Numbered from the stretch's first letter, positions 44,790 to 58,055 are shown. The stretch is DNA of 64,000 bases from Octopus vulgaris (GCA_951406725.2 OX597827.1:73160001-73224000), one strand, 5' to 3'. Numbers and translations: made by a program. Notes: generated by a model not told the origin, from the letters alone.

Positions 44790-45560
44790 CAATGCTTCAT
44801 CATTTCGTGGACATCGTGAAGCGATGAGTACTCTTTCCAAACGTCATTCGTTGTTATGTGATCTCTGATGACTATGAAGTCCAGTGCTGGAGAGACAGAT
44901 ACCTTCGAAGGTGGAGCATGTAAAGCCTTACTACTATTGGCTTTCCGGGTTCTGCACCTACCGCCAAGTGCGGCGTGCCACTTCACTCTGCAGTCAATCT
45001 TCTTGGAGTTTGGTGGTGCCAGTCTTGTATGCGCCGCACCAGCTAGTGCAATCTGCAGCCATTGATTCGAGATTGTCGGGAGGGATATGACACTTTTTCG
45101 GGAAGGATATGACAAGTGCTTGTGCTGGCCACTAACGGAGTGTCTTCCATCTTCAAGTTCACCGTACATAACAAGGCGGGGCAATCGATTTGAAGGCATT
45201 CAAATGACATACCCTGCCCATCTGAGTTGGCGTTTAGCGAATGTTATCACTAATAGCTGGCTGTCTGGCCACGTTTGGCATGTGGGATCTTGCATCACCA
45301 GTGTAAGCCGAGAAGTTGTAGAAGGCAAGATATATGAAATTGTTCGAGGATCTTGATATGTCGCCGGTAGGACACCCAAGACTCGCAGCCACATAGCAGG
45401 ATTGAGACACAAACAGCGTTGTAGACAACCACTCTTGTTTTGATGTTGATGCTTTTGTTGAGACGGACGTGAGTACTTAGCCACCCAAACGCAGGAGAGG
45501 CAAGACAAATACGGCATTGAATATCGTCTGTCAGAGTGAGGGTGTTGCTGAGGACGACAA
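44790..45560 (-). mobile_element. RTE-clade LINE 3' fragment
   Basis: KRQLRWAGYVI*MPSNRLPRLVMYGELEDGR; LLCGCESW-type motif upstream. Confidence 0.85.
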
Positions 45561-46053
45561 TTGTTTCGACACATCTAGCTTTGATCCCTCACGGGTGGGA
45601 CACTTAACAGCTGGTTCAGAAGCATCCAGCGGTGCAGATGTGTCTCATCGCGTGATAAATAGATATAACTCGTTAAAACAACAGCCCCGAAATGTATCTT
45701 CTCATTTTGTAGAAAGAAAAGCAGGAAATCGAAGGAAATGTCTTCATTTTTATAGAAGATCCAAAATAAAATAAGATAAAAGATGCAAAAGAGAAACGAC
45801 CACTCAATACAGCAAGAAAAGTATTAAAAGTAACTGTTAATATACATGGATGTATAAATGCTCTCGCGCAAGCTGCATGGCGCGAGTACATTCGCTCATA
45901 GAAGCATTCGCGAAATTGTAAGCATATGCACACGTGTGGTTTGGTGAACACACACTCACATGACGAGTTTAATAGCTATTTGGTGCTTATAAGAATGGGA
46001 AGGTTAAAGCTAAACTTAATTCATCCATACCTTAAAGTAGATTATGTTAACAT

Positions 46054-46455
46054 TTACTCAAATTCATTCCCACTGCGTTGTCCGAAAGTACATTTATATG
46101 CATGTAGACATCTTGAGAGCCTTTCAGAAATTCTATTAATGATCTTCTTACTAGTCCACAGAATTGACAGGGATTCCTCGGAGCAGAGATGGTATCTCCT
46201 GGAAATTATATTGCATGGTTTCAAGTACCTTACTATGGACCAAGTAATACGTATTTTATGTTCCTTCTTTAGCCACATGAAATCGGCCAAAATTGTGAAG
46301 CTGGCGACATGGTTGCGATGACGATTCTTAAATAAATCATCCGTCTGCCCAATGTAAACATACGGCCCTCCCCTTGTGTTCACGTTACATCTATATACAA
46401 GATTTGTACTAATACCGAGGTTCATCAATGGGCATTTTGACTATTCTCTGCATGA
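46054..46455 (-). pseudogene. Penelope-like element GIY-YIG endonuclease domain
   Basis: CR...KCPL upstream, then LVYRC...YIGQT..LFKNRHRNHVASF...ITWSIV...LCSEE...IN...E....C.H. Confidence 0.8.
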
Positions 46456-46474
46456 TCATTTATCATATTTATTT

Positions 46475-46715
46475 GTATATATGACAGTGTGTGAATGTGT
46501 CTTTGTGTCTATGCTTGTCCCCGCCACATAGCCGCGAGGCAACTGGTGTTGGTATATTTGCGTCCACGTAACTTAGTATTTCGAGAAAAGTGACCGATTG
46601 GATAAGTAACGGATTTAACAATAAAATAAATACTGCGGTTGATTCATTCGGCTAAAAATTTCGAACCAGTGCTCCAGCATGGACACATTCTGAAACAAGT
46701 AAAAGGAAGAAGAGA
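46475..46715 (+). mobile_element. SINE family A, degenerate 3' half
   Basis: cgtaacttag...gtgctccagcatgg...ctgaaacaagtaaaag. Confidence 0.7.
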
Positions 46716-47104
46716 AAGATCTATAAACATGTGCCTCTGGCTGTGTATTTGTGTATTATGTATATGTGTGCACGTGTCTTCGTCTAGACGCAATACGTAA
46801 TTATTCACAGTTATTTTCTCGCTGTGTATGAATCTGAACTCTAACTCGATCCAGTCGAATCGATAAACTTCCTTCTCCAATACGGTGTTCAATAGGAATT
46901 ACAATTGGTTGCAACTGTTCTGATGAATATTACATGTAATTCCAGGAGGGTCACTTGTTAATGGGGGTCACAGAATATTATAACACCGATGACGTCATCG
47001 TTCAACATCGAAACATATCCAGCTTGATTCACCAGCTCCACGTGTGATTCGATGTGTTTTCTTGCACTCTGACGCTAGAATTCCGTGTGTCAGACAAAAG
47101 CAAC

Positions 47105-47290
47105 GAGCAGGTCGAATTGTTAACGCGCCGAACAAAATGCTTAGCGGCATTTCATCCGCCTTTACGTTCCGAGTTCTAATTTCGACGAAGCCAGCTTCGC
47201 CATTCAACTTTTCGGGTTCGAGAAAATTAGTACCAGTCCAGTACTGCCCCCTACCCCGACATTGCTGGTCTTGTTCCAAATTTTGAAAAT
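47105..47290 (+). mobile_element. SINE family B, diverged
   Basis: aaaatgcttagcggcatttc...ttacgttccgagttc. Confidence 0.7.
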
Positions 47291-47377
47291 CAATATTTGT
47301 CGGACTAAACTCCGTATCCCTCATAGGATCATAGATATGACATACATACATTCATACATGCACACACACACGCGCGC

Positions 47378-47428
<51 letters not shown>

Positions 47429-47516
47429 TAAGGGGAGAAATTGATATTAATCAATTAAAACCAGTGGCCTAGCATATTTTAAAAAATCCGAAGATTAAAA
47501 ATTTTTTTACATACAA

Positions 47517-47823
47517 AATTTAGAGGACTGACTTCTAAAAGTGGACAGCCAAAACGCTAGATATAGACGTCAAAGTCGACATTTTCCACGAAGAATGTGT
47601 TCTCAGGAAAAAACTCGGCAAAAACCAAAGTGTAAAAGTAAGCAAGACAAATGGAAATATACGAATCGTTTTTTTTATTTCGTATAATTTGATTTGATTT
47701 GCTTATTTTAACACTTTGGTCTTTTGGTGAGTTTTTTCTTGAGAGCACATTCTTCGTGGAAAATGACGATTTTGACGTCAATATCTAGCGTATAGGCTGT
47801 CCAGTTTTAGTGGTCACTTTTCT

Positions 47824-47828
<5 letters not shown>
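47517..47828 (+). other. ~310-bp imperfect palindrome / long RNA hairpin inside a (TA)n-flanked insert
   Basis: Arms 47517-47643 and 47701-47828 are reverse-complementary; inner stem tatacgaa/ttcgtata. Confidence 0.9.
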
Positions 47829-47876
<48 letters not shown>

Positions 47877-47879
47877 CTA

Positions 47880-48000
47880 CATGCAACTCAACTTTCAAAC
47901 GTTTCCTGGATGACTATCGCCAATAAATTCGAGATAAACCTACATCTGGATATACTTGTGCAAACAATAGCTCTTCACTCGACTGGTGAAGGGTTGAGTG
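47880..48000 (+). mobile_element. Possible CR1/L2 LINE C-terminal relic
   Basis: FKRFLDDY...DKPTSGYTCANNSSSLDW (across a frameshift) resembles CR1-type ORF2 ends. Confidence 0.4.
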
Positions 48001-48067
48001 AAAGGTTGACTGTATCACGAAACATCATGAAATATATTTCCCAAGTGGCGCTATAAAGTTAGTCGTG

Positions 48068-48115
<48 letters not shown>

Positions 48116-48814
48116 TAAATACATACATACATACACACACATACATACAGGCATGCATGCATATATAATACATATATACATACATACATACAGGCAGGCA
48201 CGCATATATACATACAAACATATATATACATACGTACATACAAACATACATACATGCATATATACAAACATACATATATACATACAAACATATACATACG
48301 TACATGCACACTCACGCATACATAGGTGCATGGATACATACATACATACACACACATACATGCATACAAACATACATACACACACATACATACAAGCATG
48401 CATACATATATACATACAAACATATATATATATATATATAGACGCACATACACACATACATCGGTACATACATGCACACATACATACATGCATACATACA
48501 AACATATATACATACATACAACATATATATACATACATACACACATACACATATATGCATACATACACACATACACATTTACATCGGTGCATACATACAC
48601 ACACGCATACATACATACATACATGGTGGCTGTCCCCTCGTTATCAAGTATGGCCATTTCACGAAGCTTAATCAATGTTGTTATCATGCAATGCCTGTGC
48701 AAGAAGATTTTTTTTTTAAGTGAGGAAAGGCTCTGCACTGAATCAATCCCACTCACTAAGCAATAGCAGCCATAATCCGAAAAGAAGAACAAGTCAACAT
48801 CATCGGTAACCACT

Positions 48815-49175
48815 GAGCCGCAGGTTTTATGTCGGAGTTATCCCAGTTACCTGAGTTACCTTCTAGAAGGATGCCCTAACAAAGGCTAGGAGTCCTTGAC
48901 TCCCAATGGTTTAACCGCGCGATCGGGTATTCAGTCCGATTATTTCTATGTCTCCGCGCATGATACAGCCTCAAGACATTTATTGGATGGCCGTTGACTC
49001 TCATGAGTTCCTCCGCCCTTTGACGGGTTTTGATTTTCATCCCGCAGGGTGTCCAATAAACACCCTCTTCACCAAGCAAGATTGGTGGGGTTGCCGGTTT
49101 AGTCGCCGACGAACCGACCATGCAACAGGTTGTACTGGGTTACATGTTACCAGTAGCACTCGAAAGTGACCTGAC
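48815..49175 (-). mobile_element. GC-rich dispersed repeat, possibly a LINE 5' UTR (related segment at ~58230-58500)
   Basis: Reverse complement cattgggagtcaaggactcctagcctttgttagggcatcc resembles cactgggagtgaggacccctggtctttgctaaggcatcc at 58333. Confidence 0.5.
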
Positions 49176-49176
49176 G

Positions 49177-49326
49177 TACATACATACATACATACATGCA
49201 TACATACATACATACACACATGCATGCATACATACATCTATACACACATGCATACATACATACATACATACATACATAATACATACATACATACCTACAT
49301 ACATAATACATACATACATACATACA

Positions 49327-49360
<34 letters not shown>

Positions 49361-50157
49361 CATAAATACATACATACATACGTGCATACATACATACATA
49401 CATAATACTTACATACATATATACATACATATATACATAAATACATACATACATGCATACATACATACATACATACATACATACATACATACATACATAC
49501 ATACATACATACATACATGCATACATACATATATACATAAATACATGCATACATACATATATACATAAATACATACATACATACATACATAATACATACA
49601 TACATGCATACATACATATATACATAAATACATACATACATACATACATAATACATACATGCATACATAATACATACATAATACATACATACATACATAC
49701 ATACTTACATACATACATAATACACACATACATACATACACACATACATACATACACACATGCATACATACATACATACATAATACATACATACATACAC
49801 ACATTCATACATACATACATACATACATACATACATACACACATTCATACATACATACATACATACATACACACATTCATACATACATACATACATAATA
49901 CATACATACATACACACATACATACATACATACATACATAATACATACATACATACACACATTCATACATACATACATACATACATACATACACACATTC
50001 ATACATACATACATACATACATACACACATTCATACATACACACATTCATACATACATACATACATACATACACACATGCATACATACATACATACATAA
50101 TACACACACATATACACATACATACATACATACATACATACATACATACATACATAC
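49177..50157. repeat. ~1 kb (CATA)n-based compound microsatellite
   Basis: Read directly from the sequence. Confidence 0.95.
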
Positions 50158-50164
50158 TGTATGT

Positions 50165-51300
50165 ATACATAAGACTTAGAAGCAGCCGCCGGAGCAGCAA
50201 TACTTGTCTGGTGCCCCAACCACATGCCCAAAGAAATCGCACGACTCTACCGCAACGTATCATCAGATGAAAGAATGAGCTTTTACCAGCAGAAGACCAT
50301 GCAAGGAGAGGATAGTAGAAATCTCCGGGATAACAGTAACACTGACCATCAGAGAAGTCTAGCATGGACCAACATCCGGATCACTAACTCTCACTTTGAA
50401 GCGTATGCGATTGCAGTTCCTTCCATGAGCAGGAAATATCAGCCAAATACCTGATGCACAAAAGGGTAGAGACATAGGAAAAGCATCAGAATGTGACAAC
50501 CGTTGCAGACTTTGTGGAGATAACACATCATAAGCATTTATCCGAAAATGCCATCACGGCATTATCTACCGATGATGCAGTGTTTTAGCTAGGACACTGA
50601 ATAATGAGAGCTGTCGGAAGGATAACCCAAAAGCCAAAGAAACAAAAACTCACAGTATGTTAGAAGCCATAGTCATTCATAATAAAAAAGAATGCTGGTG
50701 GAATGTTCCAGTGAAAAATCAATTAAATGTGAACATAACAGAAAAGACATAGTTATTTGGGAGAGGGAAAGGAAACTGTGAATAATTATGGAAATCTGCT
50801 GCACATCGGATGCTAACATAAAGCTAAAAATCAGTGAAAAGAAAATACCAACCCTGAACTATTGAGAAATCTACACTTTCTCTGTCCAGATTACAAGATC
50901 AGGTTTATACCTGTAATTATTGAGGGCACTGAGATATGTAACACATTGCCTGGATACTAATCTTGAGAAATTAGGCTTCTCAAAACCTGAAGGGAGAAAG
51001 CTGATTCGAAGACACCAGATTCAATCCATCACTGGAACAGTAAAAATCTGTGAAACTTTCCAGAGTTAATCCTTAAAGAATATATGAGCGTGTCAAGACA
51101 TACAACTATATGCATGCGAATACATACATAGAACGAACCATACAAATCTATACATGCACACTCAAAATACTGCACATATATAACTATACATCCAATCATA
51201 TCCTGATGTTTTTGAAATTCCAATGAAGTAGACTTGGAACTAGGTTAGAAACCGGTTCTTTCTCTATTGGCAAGAAATTTTGAAATAAAACTGAATAATG
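50165..51300 (+). mobile_element. RLE (R4-like) LINE 3' part flanked by (CATA)n
   Basis: SHFEAYAIA, CDNRCRLCG, WWNVPVK, CEHNRKDIVIW, MEICC, FIPVII, GTVKIC; 3' end aaataaaactgaataatg joins acatacatac. Confidence 0.82.
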
Positions 51301-51401
51301 ACATACATACATACATACATACATACATGCATGCATGCATACATACATACATACATACATACATACATACATACATACAGACAGACATACATACATACAT
51401 A

Positions 51402-52060
51402 CCATACGCCTACTGAACTAGTCGCTACACGAACTCTATGAACAGATGTTGGAACTCGCAAGCTGCTCGGTGTTATAGGAAACTTGAATATGAATGGAGA
51501 TGTTGAAAGGCTATACTTCCGATGCAAGGATGGTGGCTGTGGTCATACGAAGAACGCATTCCGACACTTAAACATCTGCAACAGAGGAAAGAGACCAAGT
51601 TTTTGACCATGGAACCAGTAACATAGGATGGCCAATTTACTTGAGGAGATGTGTGAAATCATAGCTGACACAGGTCAGAATAAAAAAAATTGACCAATTC
51701 ACTGAGAAGATCGTACAGGGTTATTTGGCACGAAAAACACAAACCATAGAAGGGATTGGTCGTGTCAAAAACTTGGGATAAAGTACCTCAAGATTATAAC
51801 ATTTCGCCTCGAAGGCTACTTCCATGCAATTCAAGAAACAAAGATTGCTAGCAAGTAACTGTAGCATAAGAAGCAGTAAACGTTGACTGACAACGAATGT
51901 AGCTTGAGCAAAATCTAGACTGAAGACATCAATACATTGCCACCTGTGAGAGAAGGTCTTCCAGATGTTATCCTCACCTGAGGCATGATGCGGTGATCAA
52001 CACGGTCTAAGCAGGATAACGAAAAAGAAAATACCTATAAACAGAGCCGACCAAATTGAA
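51402..52060 (+). mobile_element. R4-like LINE RT C-terminal relic
   Basis: TRKLLGVIGNLNMNGDVERLYFRCKDGGCG. Confidence 0.65.
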
Positions 52061-52209
52061 ACCGATGTATGTGTGTATGTATGTAATGTATGTATGTATG
52101 TATGTATGTATGTATGTATGTATGTATGTATGTATGCATGTATGTATGTATGTATGCATGCATGTATGTATGTATGTAATGTATGTATGTATGTATGTAT
52201 GTATGTATG

Positions 52210-52244
<35 letters not shown>

Positions 52245-52469
52245 GCATGTATGTATATATGTATGTAATTAATGTATGTATAGGTATGTATGCATGCATG
52301 CATGTATGTATGTATGCATGTATGTATGTATGTAGTTATGTATGTATGTATGTATGTATGTATGTATGTATGTATGTGTATCTTCTCTTCCTCTTTTTCA
52401 TTTACAGTAACTTTTGACCGACCACGGACTGTGTAGCAAGGTTGTGAGGGAAATATGATTTAACCGTCA

Positions 52470-53000
52470 TCCATTAAATCTTAAGAGGGTCTTGTAGATT
52501 TTTCTAGCCCCGGATATCGTGATCATTTGTAGTTTATGAATTACGGATTTACATTCACTCGCCTAGATTCCAAGTCCAAACGTAGTTTGCTCCAGATGAC
52601 AGCTTTCATTTTTAAGTTCCAACAATATTCTTTTGAACCATCGGTTCAAGTCACCAAATTAAAAACAACCGGCCAGATATCGTGGTGTAAAACCACAAGA
52701 AAAAGATACATTCTATTGTAGAAATCAGCTGCATTCTGGACACAAATGTAGGCAGAAAAATGCTAGAGAAAGAGGACATCTACGAACTATTGACAAGAAG
52801 TTTGTAAATCCAGTACCCAAGACACACTTTCAGCTTCATACCCACTATTAATGGAGCAACTGGATACATGCCAACCCATCTGGAACAAACTACGTCTGAA
52901 CTTGGAATCTTGGGGAATGAATGTTATTTTGTAATTAATGAGCTACAAATAATCACGGTATCCGGGACTATAAAAGTCTACCTTCTTAAGATTTAAAGGA
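52470..53000. mobile_element. Two RLE LINE 3' fragments in opposite orientation
   Basis: Ends ttaaatcttaagagggt ... accttcttaagatttaa; the plus part encodes NNRPDIVV..IVEISC..EKEDIYE. Confidence 0.7.
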
Positions 53001-53460
53001 TGACGCTTAAATAATGATATTTTCCCTCACAACCTTGCCATACAGTCGGTGGCCGGTCGAAATTTATTCTAAATTAAAAAGAGGAAGAGAAATTACACAT
53101 GCATACATATATACATATACAAGATCATGTTAAATTCGAAATAGTGATAATTCTTGAACGTAAGGATTTCATATACAAATGGTAACTACTTACACTTGAG
53201 ACCGTTGCAGTAGATTACAGCAATCTTCGATTCATAAGCCATTATCTTCTCTCTGTCGACCTGCTGTTGTAGATGTTGAATGAGAAAAGAAATTTTATCG
53301 CAGGAAACTTAAAGTATAAAACATACCTCTATGTGTATTGATATCAGCACCTGATCTGCTTTTCACTACTTATATTATTTGATATTATGCTTGCGCGCAC
53401 GCCCGCACTCGGGCGCGCACACGCGTGCACACAGCATACAAGCATACATATAATGATACA

Positions 53461-53596
53461 TACTTGCTTCCCAACCACATGGTTCCGGGTTCAGTCCCGC
53501 TGCGTGGCACCTTGGGCAAGTGTCTTCTAGTATACCCTCGGGCCAACCAAAGCCTTGCCGGTAGATTTGTTAGACGGAAACTGAAAGAAGCGCATC

Positions 53597-53635
<39 letters not shown>

Positions 53636-53845
53636 TGTGTGTATACTTTTGTCTGTATTTACCCCACCTCACTATCACTTGAAAACCGATGTTGGTGGGC
53701 ATACGTCACCGTAACTTAGCGGCTCGGCAGAAGAGACCGATAGAATAAGCACCAGACTTGCAAAGAATATGTCCAGGGGAAGACTTCTTCGACTGAAAGG
53801 TGGTCCTCCAGCATCGTCGCAGTCAGAAGACTTAAACAAAAGAAT
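53461..53845 (+). mobile_element. SINE family A, diverged
   Basis: Matches the family consensus. Confidence 0.85.
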
Positions 53846-53877
53846 ACTTACATACATACATACATATATATATATAA

Positions 53878-53940
<63 letters not shown>

Positions 53941-53944
53941 TATC

Positions 53945-54129
53945 AGTAATAATATAGGGTCAAATTAATTAATTTGGAATAATCATTAATTTCACCAAGT
54001 AGATTTCGCCATGTAAAAGCCTCATTCGAGGAAAGTTTAAGTAATACTAAGTAATTAAGGGTTTAGCAACGATTTGCCTCACCACACACTGAATTTAGAA
54101 ATAGCAGTCAAAGAGTTATAGCTATTCTT

Positions 54130-54134
<5 letters not shown>
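53945..54134. mobile_element. Microsatellite-flanked repeat fragment (end repeated at 54724-54801 and 54805-54895)
   Basis: taagtaattaagggtttagcaacgatttgcctcaccacac...gctattctttctac occurs three times. Confidence 0.7.
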
Positions 54135-54194
<60 letters not shown>

Positions 54195-54693
54195 AGATGC
54201 ATAAAAACATATGAGCATACCATTATCGCTTTTGTATTTCATGTTTTTGTATTTCATTATTGTTTTTTGTTTTTTATATTCGTGTGGCACCGTCCGTTTT
54301 GCTGTCCCTGTGTTCGTATGCATTCGATCCTTCTTCCAGGAAATCTACGCTCCTAGCTTAGTTTTTCCTGGAGAGCTGGCCGGATCTAGTAATCTCAAGA
54401 TTAATCAGCCGAAATTACTACGATGATCCGGTTCTTGACTGAAGACTGAGGGCTTCGAATGTCCTGTCCTTGTTTGTTGTATCGTCTTCTAAGTGTTATG
54501 CGTTCTTGTCACAGTTGCTGGTGTGTTTACGTCCCCGTCACTTAGCGGTTCGGCAAAAAAGAAACCGATAGAATAAGTACTGGGCTTTCAAAGAATAAGT
54601 CCCGGGGTCGAGTTGCTCGATTAAAAGGCGGTGCTCCAGCATGGCCGCAGTCAAATGACTGAAACAAGTAAAAAAAAAAAAAAAGAGAATATC

Positions 54694-54728
<35 letters not shown>

Positions 54729-54890
54729 AGTAATTAGACAACGATTTGCACACACCGAATTTAGAAATAGCAGTCAAAGAGTTATAGCTATTCTTTCTAC
54801 TAAAAGTAGAAAGAATAGCTATAACTCTTTGACTGCTATTTCTAAATTCGGTGTGTGGTGAGGCAAATCGTTGCTAAACCCTTAATTACT

Positions 54891-54927
<37 letters not shown>

Positions 54928-55151
54928 GATATTCTCTTTTTTTTTTTTTTTTTTACTTGTTTCAGTCATTTGACTGCGGCCATGCTGGAGCACCGCCTTT
55001 TAATCGAGCAACTCGACCCCGGGACTTATTCTTTGAAAGCCCAGTACTTATTCTATCGGTTTCTTTTTTGCCGAACCGCTAAGTGACGGGGACGTAAACA
55101 CACCAGCATCGGTTGTCAAGCGATGCTAGGGGGACAAGCACAGACACACAA

Positions 55152-55188
<37 letters not shown>

Positions 55189-55680
55189 CGACAGGCTTCT
55201 TTCAGTTTCCGTCTACCAAATCCACTCACAAGGCATTGGTCGGCCCGGGGCTATAGCAGAAGACACTTGCCCAAGATGCCACGCAGTGGGACTGAACGGC
55301 ATGTACGATATGTAAAAAAAAAAAAATATACAAACTGTGACAAGAACGCATAACACTTAGAAGACGATACAACAAACAAGGACAGGACATTCGAAGCCCT
55401 CAGTCTTCAGTCAAGAACCGGATCATCGTAGTAATTTCGGCTGATTAATCTTGAGATTACTAGATCCGGCCAGCCCTCCAGGAAAAACTAAGCTAGGAGC
55501 GTAGATTTCCTGGAAGAAGGATCGAATGCATACGAACACAGGGACAGCAAAACGGACGGTGCCACACGAATATAAAAAACAAAAAAACAATAATGAAATA
55601 CAAAAACATGAAATACAAAAGCGATAATGGTATGCTCATATGTTTTTATGCATCTATGTGTGTGTGTGTGTGTGTGTGTG
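54134..55680. repeat. Large inverted duplication centred at 54802-54804
   Basis: Arms ~54134-54801 and ~54805-55680 are near-identical reverse complements apart from deletions in the left arm. Confidence 0.95.
54935..55296 (-). mobile_element. SINE family A (mirror 3' half at 54517-54685 on +)
   Basis: Matches the family consensus. Confidence 0.9.
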
Positions 55681-56165
55681 TCAGTCTGTCAGTGTGTGTG
55701 TGTCTGTGTGTAAGGAAGACACTTCTCAGCTAGTTTGGGTGTTTGATTAAAGCGAGTAAACGAGTGGATTCATTGAGAAGTAAACATCGCATTATCAACT
55801 CATGGCGTTGTTACGATGTGTTCATGGTTTCAATGATATTTATTACACATCACTTTGCAGGAGCTCTTCTCCCTCTCTCTCTCTTCCCTTCTCCTCCTCC
55901 TCCCCCTCTTTCTCTCTTATTACTCAGGGATATACTTCAGTGGATTAGCTTTCCATGTGATACATCCTTGAACATCCTTCAGCTGAGGTGTTGTTCTAAA
56001 GACATACGCACATGCGAACACATTCACACGCGCACACACACGTAGACACACACACACACACACATAGATAGGAATACACTTACATGCGCTCACCTATACT
56101 CTCATATGCTCATTTACGAACAACTACACAAACAAAAATATAACAACGACACACACACCACACAC

Positions 56166-56227
<62 letters not shown>

Positions 56228-56301
56228 ACATCTGTCTATCTGTCTCTCAGTCTGTCAGTCTGTCAGTCTAATTGTCTGTCAGTCTATCTATCTGTCTTTC
56301 A

Positions 56302-56337
<36 letters not shown>

Positions 56338-56445
56338 ACCTATATTTCTGTCTGTCTGTTTATCTATCTATCTATCTATAAAGAAAAGCTCTACCTTGTA
56401 ATTTGCTCTATCTGTGTGCAGCCCTGTGTGGCTAATAAAGAAACA

Positions 56446-56485
<40 letters not shown>

Positions 56486-56510
56486 CATCCATCCATCCAT
56501 CCATCCATCC

Positions 56511-56577
<67 letters not shown>

Positions 56578-56614
56578 CATCCATCCATCCATCCATCCAT
56601 CCATCCATCCATCC

Positions 56615-56697
<83 letters not shown>

Positions 56698-56771
56698 CAT
56701 CCATCCATCCATCCAACTATCTATCTGTCTGTTTTTCTATCTGTCTGTCTCTCTGTCTGTCTATACATCAA

Positions 56772-56812
<41 letters not shown>

Positions 56813-57384
56813 ACATGAGCATACGCGCATTGACGTACACATGTACACCATACACAGAGACGCATGCAACATGAGATATACCCACAGACAAATACCCATG
56901 TCGACAACACTACAAACACATACAGATATGCATACATACAACACAAATACACACATACTCAGATAATTGGTATACATGTGCATAGACTTACAGAGATATG
57001 CACTACAAATACGCGCATAGCAGCAACTCTAGCCGCGTAGATAAAACGGCAAGTTTCTAAAATGAGGAAGATACAAAATGTACGGCGCGTAGTCAGTCTG
57101 AAGTCAGTATCAGTGTTAATGTGTGGATTAGTTGTGAACATTGCAATGTTTAGGCGTTGTCAGCTCTGGATTATGTTATATAGTCTCCCGTCCGATTCAC
57201 TTGAGGAGATAGAAACAAACAAACAAAAAAATCAACGACAAAAATTCAACAACAAGAGTAAAATTAAAAATAAAACGCGTGCCAACGCGCATACACATAA
57301 GCACGGATGAAAACGGTTAGCTTCCAATAAGAAACGGTTTCAATTCCTGGCTCCGATTTCCTTCGCGGTATCTTGGGCAGATGC

Positions 57385-57752
57385 CGAAAAACGACGACGC
57401 CGTAGTGATCTCATTCTTGCTCACAACATCATGAGCGGAAAGTGTAACCTACCGAAAGAGCTGTTCTTCACTCCTGCTCCAGAGCGTCGGCTGCGGGGTC
57501 ACTCCTAAAAGCTCTATATGCGACGATTTCATCTCAATCGAAGGAGAGGGGCTTTCTCCGCCCGGGTTGCGGATCCGTGGAATAAGCTGCCGGACGAGAT
57601 GGTGAAGATGCCGACGACCGCTCAGTTCAAAGTCTCCCTTGACCACAAATGGCCTGAACTCTTTACATGAACACCACCCTGTACATAACTCCATGTCCCC
57701 CTACATGGACTTGCATTTTTGATTTTTGAGCCAAAAAATTAACTAACTAACT
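57385..57752 (+). mobile_element. CR1-clade LINE 3' end
   Basis: RRRRSDLILAHNIM...RLRGHS*KL...RRRGAFSARVADPWNKLP...FKVSLD; (AACT)n tail. Confidence 0.88.
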
Positions 57753-57774
57753 GTAGGCTTGTATTGAGCCATAC

Positions 57775-58006
57775 AAGGCGGCGAGCTGGCAGAAACGTTA
57801 GCACGCCGGACGAAATGCTTTGCGGTATATCGTCTGCCGTTACGTTCTGAGTTCAAATTCCGCCGAGGTCGACTTTGCCTTTCATCTTTTCGGGGTCGAT
57901 AAATTAAGTACAGGTTGGCATTGGGGTCGATATAATCGACTTAATCCGTCTGTCTGTCCTTGTTTGTCTCTTGTATGTTTGACCCCTTGTGGGTAGTAAA
58001 GAAATA
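57775..58006 (+). mobile_element. SINE family B with 15-bp TSD
   Basis: tgtattgagccatac at 57760-57774 and 58007-58021. Confidence 0.92.
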
Positions 58007-58055
58007 TGTATTGAGCCATACCTTGTAAGTAAAATTTAATAAAGAGAAAGAGAGC

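Noticed and set aside
48815-49175. Possible HDV-like ribozyme in a putative LINE 5' UTR
   Set aside because: I could not thread the P1-P4 double pseudoknot by eye.
53990-54035. Minus-strand CGAATGA GGC...GGC GAAA
   Set aside because: Core and stem II are too degenerate to call a hammerhead.
54380-54461. Possible SECIS element
   Set aside because: The AUGA/GA quartet and apical AA are not in the required geometry.
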